Part shown: piece by piece, positions 54,401 through 62,044 of the stretch | Position numbering within the stretch: position 1 is the first letter of the stretch | Layout: each line of letters opens with the position of its first letter | The notes under the pieces: model-generated | Database searches by the model: none | What the model saw: only the letters and a program-made list of their open reading frames with translations | What the model was told of the DNA's origin: nothing | Source: an uncultured Gammaproteobacteria bacterium | GTDB taxonomy: Bacteria > Patescibacteriota > Microgenomatia > Daviesbacterales > UBA10151 | Length of the DNA stretch: 64,000 nt | Reading direction: 5' to 3' | Assembly (NCBI GenBank): GCA_964489875.1 | Contig: CAZAZW010000002.1 | Coordinates: 385 to 64,384 of the forward strand | Position numbers and translations under genes: made by a program

Positions 54401-57400
54401 TATCAGGCCCGGCGCTACTTTAGTTGATCCGTGCGCCGGAGTAAACGGTGAATTCGGACGAGATCGAAAACCGGATCGGATATACGAACCCGTGGCTATC
54501 CAGGTTCCGTTTATCCAAAACTTAAAAGGCGGTTTTTTCAATCCGGAACAGAGGGCTTATGTGGAAAAGGAACTGGTTGAATCAGTCAGGGGTGATCCCA
54601 CCCTGCTTCAGCCTTACTCATTCAGGGCCAACGTGGGGGATTGCGTCCAAGTCCAAACCACCAACAATTTGCAGCCTGATGATGAAACACCTACCCTTGG
54701 TGTCAATGACGGTATATTTCACGGTCCTACCAATACCCCGGAAATCTCCCAGCATATTCATCCGGTCAGGTTTGACCAGCTAGGTTCAGACGGAACATCG
54801 GTCGGCTGGAATTATGACATCAGTAATCGTTCAGGAGAAACGGCAGCTTACCGCTGGTTTGTCGATGTGAACGTGCGGACGGTTTTTTCTCATGACCACC
54901 AATTCCCGACCAGCCATCAGCAAGGGGGTCTTTGGGCGGCATTCATCAACGAGCCGCGGAATTCTTCTTACCTGAATCCGGAAACCGGACAGCCGCTCGG
55001 ACCAGTTCTTTCGGATCCAACTTATGAGCAAACCAGCAAAAAATATGCACCGGAGAACGTTAAAGGGGTGGGTACGGCTGCCAGCATCATTGTGAACAGT
55101 CCGACCGAAGATAAAGATGGAGGAATCAGCGGCGGCGGCGTTCCGGCTTTCCGTGAATTTATCGTACACTACAGCGACTTTACCCCCGCTTTTGTTGCAG
55201 AACCGCAAAACCTGCGAAAGGCCCTTGATGAGTATAAGGCAGGTAATAAAGAGGCCTTTTTTGATCCCTCTCTTCGGACAAATCCATTCAATCCTCCCTT
55301 TGAAGCGGATGATTATTTGGCCGACCAGGGAATATCGACTATTAATTACAAAGTTGAACCCTTCCAGGCTAGAGTTAACCCTGATAATCCTTTAGCCACC
55401 GCAGCTCAAAAAGACCCGGCATATGTTTTTAGTTCGGTTATTCACGGAGACCCTGAAACTGAAGTGTTTAGAGCGTACGCGGGAGATCCGGTAGTAGTTC
55501 GGCTAATGGATGGAGCGCATGAGGAGCATCACAATTTTGAAATCCACGGCCACCGGTGGCTGCACCAGCCCTCAAACCCTTTGAGTGTGTTAACAGACAA
55601 TCAGGCTTCCAATATCGGCGAGTTTTTTAATTTCGAACTGATCGGAAACACGAGGGTGGGGGATAAATCACTTAAAAATGATAACGAACTGGCAGCAGGA
55701 TTGCCGGGTGACTATCTTTTTGCCTCTAGTGCTATTTCCGAATTGTGGGATGGTGTCTGGGGAATCTTCAGGGTGGAAAACGGAAAAAAGGATAATTTGG
55801 CACCACTACCCGGAAGTCCTGAGCCTCCTCTTTTTGAGAATCTGGGACTTCTGGATCAGACCATAAACCCGGATGAGCCGGTTCCTCAAATTAACGAGGA
55901 TTTGATTAAAAGCGCGAGTCCCTGCCCTGTTAGCGCTCCAGTTAAAAGCTTTGATATTGCGGCTATTGCCCGGTCGATCACCTATAACAGTAAATATAAT
56001 GAAACTGACCCCTTTGGTCTTCTGTATGTTTTAGAGGAAGACCGTGAAGCTGTTTTAACCGGAACAAAGGATACCGAGCCGCTTACGATACGGGCCAATG
56101 CCGGGGACTGCATAAAAGTCAATTTAACCAATCACCTGCCGGATTTAACCGGCCTGGCGGAAAATACCCCGGTTGTACTGCCGGATGGGACTGTCTCTAA
56201 TACTTCCATTGACCCCAATACCATGCAGTATTTTGGAGAAGCCCAGCTTCATGCCGCAGTAGCAGGCTTACCGGAAGACCCGAATTTCATTTTTGCTAAA
56301 TGGCCTATTTCAAACCGAATCAGCCTGCATCCCCGGCTTATTAAAACTACAGCCAGTGCGGGCGATGGGGCAACCGTCGGATTTATGCGCGACCAAACAA
56401 TCGGGCCGGGAGAAAAAATAACCTACCTCTGGTATGCGGATACGGAGGTAGGGTCAGTGCTGTTGGAAGATTTTGCCGATGTAAGAAGCCATAAGCAACA
56501 CGGCCTGTTTGCCGGTTTGATCATCGAGCCGAAAGATTCGCAGTATCTTGACCCGACTGATCTTTCCCAAGAGATCAAAAGCGGAACAAGCGCGGTTATA
56601 CACGATAGCTCAACCGGTAAACTGACCAGGGAATTCGTTCCCTTTTATGCCACCGGCCTTAATTTAAGGCAGGGTGAAGCTATTATACCTGATGCCGAAG
56701 GGGTGCAAGGACCGGGAGAGATGGAACATCAGCCTTGCTCCCCGCCAAACGCTCTTTGCGAAGATGTGGAGCAGTCAGGAGAAGCAGGCATCAATTACCG
56801 GACTGAGAGACTGGTCAACCGGGTGCCGTTTAACTTAACCGGTGCTCACGCCGGACATCCGAATGAAATAAACTTTGATCCCAATGCTTTCAAAGCATTC
56901 AGCTCTTCTGATTTTGAGGATCCGGCTACGCCGATATTTGAAGCGTTTGTGGAAGATCCGACTGTGTTTCGTTTTATGTTCCCGGGCGGCAATTCCAATG
57001 CCCACGCTGTCGGTTTGGACGGGCACAGCTTTAAACATGAGCCCAATGATCCTGACACAAACATAGTCAGTACTGTAGGTAGTGTCACGCCGGGTAAAGT
57101 CCTAAACCTGTTTCTTCTAGGTGGAGCAGGCGGAGAGCGGCAGGCAACCGGAGACTATTTATTCGGCACCAGAAATCATGTCGAACCGTCAACTTTGCAG
57201 GGTGGACTTTGGGGACTTTTTAGGGTTTTGGCAAATGATGCTTCTGCCAAAATCAAGCCACTTGTCATGCCTCCCTCGCCTTCTCCTACACCTACCCTAT
57301 CTTCTACCTCAACACCAGCACCTTCAGGCGAAACAGTTATCGCTACCAGCGCATTGGTTTGTAATGACGCTAAACCCGGCAGCGCTCCGGTGCTTTCGGT

Positions 57401-57899
57401 CACATCAGCCGGTGAGAGTGAAGTCATTTTGTCTTGGCTGAAAGCTGCCGATCCGGTTACTTATTACCTGTTGGCCTTTGGGTTGTCTACAGGCACCCTG
57501 CAGTATGGCAATCCGAATATCGGGGACAATAACACTACTTCCTATACGGTTAAGGATCTGTCAGGCGGTACCACCTATTACTTTAAAATAAGAGCCGGCA
57601 ATGGTTGCGCGCCTGGGGAATTCTCCAACGAAGTGTCAGTGGCGGTAGGAGGAGTAGCTTTGGTAGGTCTACCATCAGGCTTTGAAGCGGGAATTTTGGG
57701 CACCAGCACAACTCCTTCTCCTTCGCCCGAGGTTTTAGGGATAGGGGACGGGAATGTGGGGCTTGGGGGTAATGTTACCCAGCAGGCAGAGGAAAGAGAG
57801 TCACCCTTAAGTTTTCTGCAAACCCAAAGACTGATGTTTGGAATATTAGCCGGTCTTATTTTACTATTTGTCTTAAACATCTTTTACCGCAGGGCCTAG
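51438..57899 (+). CDS. giant secreted, C-terminally anchored multicopper-oxidase-like protein (2153 aa; six cupredoxin-like domains as three two-domain units)
   Basis: GTG start; signal/TM N-terminus. HTFHQHAHRW (53781-53810) and HCHLYPHFAGGL (53979-54014) match MCO motifs HxxHxH and HCHx3Hx4L. QHIHP (HIH at 54753-54761) and SHDHQ (HDH at 54891-54899) match HxH motifs. HHNFEIHGHRW lies at 55527-55559. Each of the three units ends GD(S/Y)(I/L)F...GG(L/V)W..(F/V)RV. The C-terminal FN3 + TM tail is homologous to that of the upstream gene. Confidence 0.8.
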   Translation: MLKLISSKILPALLIFTAFLFAGLFVFFKDSLVVFAQTNHQTHNIESTASADILSSEEATPAAQADNLQNPPPEASDSASLAPDLLSEEASPSAFTISYHLKDDVGFENPIKKEFIGAGDYLMKVISRLPLQDSPHLIIDSDGTLNDVEHGTTSRISENIYVYERTIVSDPEADGSNVEIIRVHEAIDLEGNIIDENSVEGAKFIDTVSPLLVISDNQLDSTVKGRDRVLITAWFAEIGKMDEENKPKITIGTFVQNEEMIKRDNQTWVFVWEVPATETTVVKVSISARDEAGNLSTDSEDAHSYLIDNLFFLNLAVIPPPAQTCASAERIIRYHVSAIDVVVPVNGWGDTNPMGVLYALNNAEAVPNVSQIKDRNFKLYDSTDQSIPLKTQPLVLRANEGDCVEVILRNELDTAFGGIDPLTLEPIGPEDNKRNVGMQISGLPYDPKDSAGAFVGRNPDTTVAPGGEKVYRWFAGRQGGYMFRDNSNIQWPQDTITKGLFGMLIVEPKGSTWRDSITGRNFLKAASQNSFEYADLSPIDQDDLGRNIYLGVGASVFADIHQEPGAPLPKGALLLESVSGNDFRDYALIIHDEFEGITGPVAWEEDGKIAFYGTPFYPATGIEDGTSLINYRSEPLRNRYAAWERHRGLIPVPGIGLVDGSKEMVKETSEVRVTVTPPLVRIEFLGEEGEVTGEVTVDSQKLKVVIPNGKVFDPDDEFCGGGKFASDNKREDDPEYTFYKCIGEEAHLQSWPFGDPAVAMPRAYWGDPIVLFVGNADSHDTHTFHQHAHRWFLDPNQADISKMPVPENDIQKSTRLDVQGVGAMEVFKLVYEQGAGSVTGTAGDSIFHCHLYPHFAGGLWSAVRVFDKLKVNFSETANIQATLKDGTLLSYPDGTDQAVLQPLPARIVLFDSKNPDAEDHREKPPAGMANRVPMPPDADHPGYPGFVAGKFGQKALQPPMFVIDPATGQPVKDRAVPTKLETLASYDGIRPGATLVDPCAGVNGEFGRDRKPDRIYEPVAIQVPFIQNLKGGFFNPEQRAYVEKELVESVRGDPTLLQPYSFRANVGDCVQVQTTNNLQPDDETPTLGVNDGIFHGPTNTPEISQHIHPVRFDQLGSDGTSVGWNYDISNRSGETAAYRWFVDVNVRTVFSHDHQFPTSHQQGGLWAAFINEPRNSSYLNPETGQPLGPVLSDPTYEQTSKKYAPENVKGVGTAASIIVNSPTEDKDGGISGGGVPAFREFIVHYSDFTPAFVAEPQNLRKALDEYKAGNKEAFFDPSLRTNPFNPPFEADDYLADQGISTINYKVEPFQARVNPDNPLATAAQKDPAYVFSSVIHGDPETEVFRAYAGDPVVVRLMDGAHEEHHNFEIHGHRWLHQPSNPLSVLTDNQASNIGEFFNFELIGNTRVGDKSLKNDNELAAGLPGDYLFASSAISELWDGVWGIFRVENGKKDNLAPLPGSPEPPLFENLGLLDQTINPDEPVPQINEDLIKSASPCPVSAPVKSFDIAAIARSITYNSKYNETDPFGLLYVLEEDREAVLTGTKDTEPLTIRANAGDCIKVNLTNHLPDLTGLAENTPVVLPDGTVSNTSIDPNTMQYFGEAQLHAAVAGLPEDPNFIFAKWPISNRISLHPRLIKTTASAGDGATVGFMRDQTIGPGEKITYLWYADTEVGSVLLEDFADVRSHKQHGLFAGLIIEPKDSQYLDPTDLSQEIKSGTSAVIHDSSTGKLTREFVPFYATGLNLRQGEAIIPDAEGVQGPGEMEHQPCSPPNALCEDVEQSGEAGINYRTERLVNRVPFNLTGAHAGHPNEINFDPNAFKAFSSSDFEDPATPIFEAFVEDPTVFRFMFPGGNSNAHAVGLDGHSFKHEPNDPDTNIVSTVGSVTPGKVLNLFLLGGAGGERQATGDYLFGTRNHVEPSTLQGGLWGLFRVLANDASAKIKPLVMPPSPSPTPTLSSTSTPAPSGETVIATSALVCNDAKPGSAPVLSVTSAGESEVILSWLKAADPVTYYLLAFGLSTGTLQYGNPNIGDNNTTSYTVKDLSGGTTYYFKIRAGNGCAPGEFSNEVSVAVGGVALVGLPSGFEAGILGTSTTPSPSPEVLGIGDGNVGLGGNVTQQAEERESPLSFLQTQRLMFGILAGLILLFVLNIFYRRA

Positions 57900-57920
57900 A
57901 ATAATTTTAAGATACGCTAG

Positions 57921-57950
57921 TTGACAGAATCTTCTTTTTTGAGATAAAGT
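57921..57950 (+). promoter_or_regulatory. candidate sigma70-type promoter for the protease gene
   Basis: TTGACA (57921-57926), a 17-18 nt spacer, then ATAAAG/TAAAGT (57944-57950), with the ATG at 57958. Confidence 0.3.
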
Positions 57951-57957
57951 TAAATTA

Positions 57958-59151
57958 ATGTTGCTCCGGGTTTTTAAACTGGTTTTAGTTCCCGCTTTTT
58001 TGATATTCCTTTTTCTACCGGCGGCTCAAGTATTCGCTTCTCAGCCCACAGGTAGCCCAGAAAGGATTCTGGTTAAATTTTCCTCCAGGCCTGAGAAAGC
58101 AGCAATTGTTTCGAGAATCCGTGCCAAGGAAATCTCGGAAATTCCCCGGATTGGCGTAGCTGTTTTAGAAGTGAAGGATGCGGTAGAGGCAATTAGGAAT
58201 TTAAGAAACGAGAGGATAGATTATGTGGAAATTGATGCTGTTGCCACAACTTTAAGTAATGATGCCTTGTATCCTAACCAGTGGGCTTTACCAAAAATTT
58301 CCTGGGATAAGTTAGATGCCAGTGCCAGCGCGTATAATCCGGTTGAACCCTCAGTCAGGATTGCGGTGGTTGATACCGGGGTGGATTATACCCACCCGGA
58401 TCTTTCCGGCAAAGTTGATACCGGCCAGGATTGGGATTTTGTTAATAATGATAACGATGCCATGGATGATAATCTGCACGGGACTCACGTGGCAGGAATT
58501 GCAGCTGCAGCTACGAACAACAGCACCGGCATTGGAGGAGTATCAATAAACACTGCCAAAATTCTGCCGGTTAAGGTTTTAAACCAGAGTGGCAGCGGCT
58601 ACTATTCCTGGATTGCCTCAGGTATTATCTATGCGGTTGACCACGGAGCAAAGGTAATTAATTTAAGTTTGGGTGGGAGTGTTAGATCAACTGCCTTGGA
58701 GCAGGCTGTTAATTATGCCTGGAATAATGGGGCAGTAGTAGTAGCTGCGGCCGGCAATAGTAACAATTCTTCCAAGACTTATCCCGGAGCCTATGATAAA
58801 GCCATGGCTGTTTGGGCCTCGGATCAAAACGATGCCAAGGCCTCATTTTCCAGTTATGGCAGATGGGTTGATATAGGAGCTCCCGGAGTAAGCATCCTAA
58901 GCACGATACCTTTTATTAAGGATACTAAGGATGGCAGTCAAGACAGTTATTATTTGGGTAGTGGTACCAGTATGGCTACTCCGCATGTGGCCGGATTGGC
59001 CGGATTAATTATTTCCCAGAATCCTGGCTGGTCGGCCTCACAGGTGAGAAGTAAAATTGAATCAACTGCTGATCCTGGGATAGATAAATGGTTTCAAAGA
59101 GGTTATTTGGGAAAAGGAAGAATTAATATCCTCCGTGCGTTAACTCAGTAA
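57958..59151 (+). CDS. secreted S8 (subtilisin-family) serine protease with I9-like propeptide
   Basis: Signal peptide ...QVFA-SQ and the catalytic triad motifs VAVVDTGVDYTHPDL (Asp), HGTHVAGIAAA (His) and GTSMATPHVAGLAGL (Ser). Confidence 0.9.
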   Translation: MLLRVFKLVLVPAFLIFLFLPAAQVFASQPTGSPERILVKFSSRPEKAAIVSRIRAKEISEIPRIGVAVLEVKDAVEAIRNLRNERIDYVEIDAVATTLSNDALYPNQWALPKISWDKLDASASAYNPVEPSVRIAVVDTGVDYTHPDLSGKVDTGQDWDFVNNDNDAMDDNLHGTHVAGIAAAATNNSTGIGGVSINTAKILPVKVLNQSGSGYYSWIASGIIYAVDHGAKVINLSLGGSVRSTALEQAVNYAWNNGAVVVAAAGNSNNSSKTYPGAYDKAMAVWASDQNDAKASFSSYGRWVDIGAPGVSILSTIPFIKDTKDGSQDSYYLGSGTSMATPHVAGLAGLIISQNPGWSASQVRSKIESTADPGIDKWFQRGYLGKGRINILRALTQ

Positions 59152-59162
59152 AAATATTTACC

Positions 59163-59281
59163 CAGATGAGGGGTAGGGCCGGGAATTTTCGGTAGATATA
59201 TATTTTTAGTCAGATCTCCCTGTTATTCCTGGTAATACCTGATAGCTCATCCTATCAAGTCTTTTCCTACCCCCAAGCCTG
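59163..59281 (+). repeat. inverted-repeat-bounded intergenic element, copy 2
   Basis: Termini are cagatgaggggtaggg (59163-59178) and cctacccccaagcctg (59266-59281). The core ggggtagg/cctacccc (59170-59177 / 59266-59273) pairs perfectly. Relative to copy 1 the C:G pair is replaced by T:A on both arms. Confidence 0.55.
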
Positions 59282-59355
59282 AGTTGTATGCATATTAAGA
59301 TAATAATAAAAGAATCTTGCGAAAGAAGTGTAAGAGTTGCGTTAGAGCTTCTATT

Positions 59356-60639
59356 TTATCTAGCATCCATGGCCATTCGTAATCTTTTTGCGATGGTTGG
59401 TATATCTTTTGTATCTCTAGGTATGACCATGCGTACACATCGGCCTTTTTGACCCACTTTATATTCAAGCTGAGACATATCGTCAGGTATAGTGTATCTA
59501 TAAGGCTCAAACCCTGATGTAACCTCCAGTTGCTGCCTTTTTACTTCTTCATAAAAGCCAGGGTATCCACCATCAATAAGTAGAATAGGTGTACGGCGGT
59601 CTGTAAGGAAAGATTTTATACCTTTATCACCAAACTCCTGTAAGACTTCGCTTTTTACTCTTACGGTTTCTTCCCGGGTTCTACCCAGATGTCTTTCTAA
59701 AATATTTGGTTCGAGTATTCTATTGGCAATGAGTTGTGGTATTCCTGATAAATCACAGACTCTTCGTACCTTTTGGCACTGTTCACCCACCTCTTTGGAC
59801 GCAACCATATAGCCTTTTCTAAGGCCAGGTAGTCCGATTGATTTTGAGAGTGAACGGATAACTACAAGGTTAGGGTATTTTTCTGTTAATGGTATTGCCG
59901 AGTATTTATCTTCTACCGCATCGCCAAATGCCTCATCTACGATGAGCAGATGCTGTTTCTTTTGCGAACACACCCGTGCGAGATCATTTATTGCTTCAAA
60001 GCTCGCCAAATCCCCGGTAGGAGTATTGGGGTTTGTAATATAAAAAATAATATTTTCTCTTGGATCGTTGTAAAAAACAGAGGCCATTCTTCTCATTACT
60101 TGTTCATATGGTGTATAGATAGTAACGTCTGTTTGAAACGTTTCATAACGGATTCTTTGCTCTCTAGTTTTATTGCCTTCCCTATCAAAGAGGGTGTGCC
60201 GGTCTATGAAATTTAAGACATGGGGATATTGATGTATTGGCCCGATAATTTTGGTTAATCCGGATTCAGCGCGAATACTTATCAGTTGAGTAAGAAGTCT
60301 TTCTGCTATTTCATCGCTGCCGCCACTGCTAAAGGCAATATATGGAGTGGTTCCAATTCCAAATCGTTCTCTTACAAAACTGATTGCCGGCGAAGCATCT
60401 ACCGCATAAGTGAATAGTGCTTTTACAAGTTCCCCGCTTGCGGCAAGATCTTCTATTATGGAGTAAATTTCAGGGGGTGGTCCAAAAGGCGTGACACCGT
60501 AATCTAAGCGGATGGCTTCAGGTGAAGGCTTGTCTATCACATAGTGTTCTGGATCAAGAATAGCTCTTATGACCCGGGGAAGAATGTATTTTTGCTCACC
60601 TGCATCTTTGCCCTCAAGATTTAATCCCATAGGATGCAA
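59356..60639 (-). CDS. class I/II PLP-dependent aminotransferase-fold enzyme
   Basis: NPNTPTG, the acidic DEAF motif and the Lys motif SLSKSIGLPGLRKGY, characteristic of HisC/AspC-type aminotransferases. Confidence 0.75.
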   Translation of the reverse strand: MHPMGLNLEGKDAGEQKYILPRVIRAILDPEHYVIDKPSPEAIRLDYGVTPFGPPPEIYSIIEDLAASGELVKALFTYAVDASPAISFVRERFGIGTTPYIAFSSGGSDEIAERLLTQLISIRAESGLTKIIGPIHQYPHVLNFIDRHTLFDREGNKTREQRIRYETFQTDVTIYTPYEQVMRRMASVFYNDPRENIIFYITNPNTPTGDLASFEAINDLARVCSQKKQHLLIVDEAFGDAVEDKYSAIPLTEKYPNLVVIRSLSKSIGLPGLRKGYMVASKEVGEQCQKVRRVCDLSGIPQLIANRILEPNILERHLGRTREETVRVKSEVLQEFGDKGIKSFLTDRRTPILLIDGGYPGFYEEVKRQQLEVTSGFEPYRYTIPDDMSQLEYKVGQKGRCVRMVIPRDTKDIPTIAKRLRMAMDAR

Positions 60640-60690
60640 AGTATACCTTTTTCTTCAGAAAATTGCAAAATAACTATATTTTGTTAGAAT

Positions 60691-61938
60691 ATGAGGATTA
60701 TGGCATACAAGATTAAAGATAAGATAGAATTTCTAGCTGACGCAAGTAAAATCCTTGCCTCATCTCTTGACTATGATAAAACATTGTCCAATATTGCCCA
60801 TTTGGTTGTAAATTCTATTGCAGATTTCTGCATGATTGATCTTTTTAATGAGAAGGGGGAATTGTATCGGGTGGCAGCTAGGGTATCTAGTTCCAATAAA
60901 GAAAGAAGAGAATTAGCGCACCAGATGTTCAGTTATCAAGCTGACCCCAGGAATAAGGGGGCAATTTATGATGCAGCTAGATTAGGTGAGGCAATTCTTG
61001 TGGAAAGTTTATCAAAGAAGTGGCGCGAGCTTTCCAGAATTCCCGAGGAACGAGCAATTATTAGAAAATTGAGAATGGAATCATTAATTTTTGTACCTAT
61101 GGAAAGTAGAAACAGAATGATAGGCGTTTTAACATTGGTTTTAATTGGTAAAGGCTCTAATTATAACGAGAAAGACGTAGTGTTGGCACAGGAATTAGCT
61201 AGTAGAGCTGCTGTAGCTGTTGATAATGCCCGCCTTTTCTTGCAGTCTCAAGAAGCTTTGAAATTGCGGGATCTATTTATCTCCATGGCGGCTCATGAAC
61301 TTCGGACCCCGCTTACTACCATCAGTGGTTATATTCAGCTTTTACATTCTAAATTCAAGGGAGCCAATACCAAGGAAGCCAGATGGGTTGACGATCTTGC
61401 CTATGAGTCCTCAAGGCTAACAAAGTTGGTTAATGAGCTACTGGAGGTTAATCGTATCAAGACAGGTCAATTCGAATATTCCTGGACAGAGTGTAGCTTA
61501 AACGAGGTGATCAGGCGGGCAATATCGGATTTCCGCTTTACATATCCAGGACACCAAATTATTTTGCAGGATAGAATAGTGGATGGTAAAGATATGGTCA
61601 TAGGGGACTTTAATAAATTACTACAGCTTATAATTAACCTTTTAGATAATGCGGCTAAGTTTTCTTCTCCTGAATCCAAAATTGTAATTAGATTAAGATC
61701 TAAGGTTCGTCATTTGTATTTAAGTATCAAAGATCATGGGAAAGGGATATCTAAAAAGGATCTACCAGAAATCTTTGAAAAGTTCCAAAAAGGTAGTGAT
61801 CATACTGAAGAAGGAATAGGGCTGGGATTATTTTTGGCTAAAATTATCACTAAAGCGCATCGGGGTAAGATAAAAATTTATTCCAAGGAGAACATGGGAA
61901 CAACAGTAGATATTATTCTCCCGAAGGTAAAAAAATGA
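60691..61938 (+). CDS. cytoplasmic GAF-domain sensor histidine kinase
   Basis: GAF-like N-terminal ~180 aa (ESLIFVPMESRNRMIGVLTLV), H-box AAHELRTPLTTI, ATPase boxes LLDNAAKFS, DHGKGI, GIGLGLF. Confidence 0.8.
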   Translation: MRIMAYKIKDKIEFLADASKILASSLDYDKTLSNIAHLVVNSIADFCMIDLFNEKGELYRVAARVSSSNKERRELAHQMFSYQADPRNKGAIYDAARLGEAILVESLSKKWRELSRIPEERAIIRKLRMESLIFVPMESRNRMIGVLTLVLIGKGSNYNEKDVVLAQELASRAAVAVDNARLFLQSQEALKLRDLFISMAAHELRTPLTTISGYIQLLHSKFKGANTKEARWVDDLAYESSRLTKLVNELLEVNRIKTGQFEYSWTECSLNEVIRRAISDFRFTYPGHQIILQDRIVDGKDMVIGDFNKLLQLIINLLDNAAKFSSPESKIVIRLRSKVRHLYLSIKDHGKGISKKDLPEIFEKFQKGSDHTEEGIGLGLFLAKIITKAHRGKIKIYSKENMGTTVDIILPKVKK

Positions 61939-62044
61939 GTTGGTGACAAGCCTTTAATAATTTTCCCTCTTGTATTATCTTATAACATATGATATAAGGT
62001 CTTAAAGGAATAAAATTGGCAAGCTTTGCTTGTGTAATAGATAA

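Noticed and set aside
51520-57880. Off-frame and antisense ORFs inside the 2153-aa oxidase gene (e.g. 53382-53804, 54831-55208, 57578-57880).
   Set aside because: The same reasoning applies: they are nested in a gene with clear cupredoxin and copper-ligand motifs, and none has motifs of its own.
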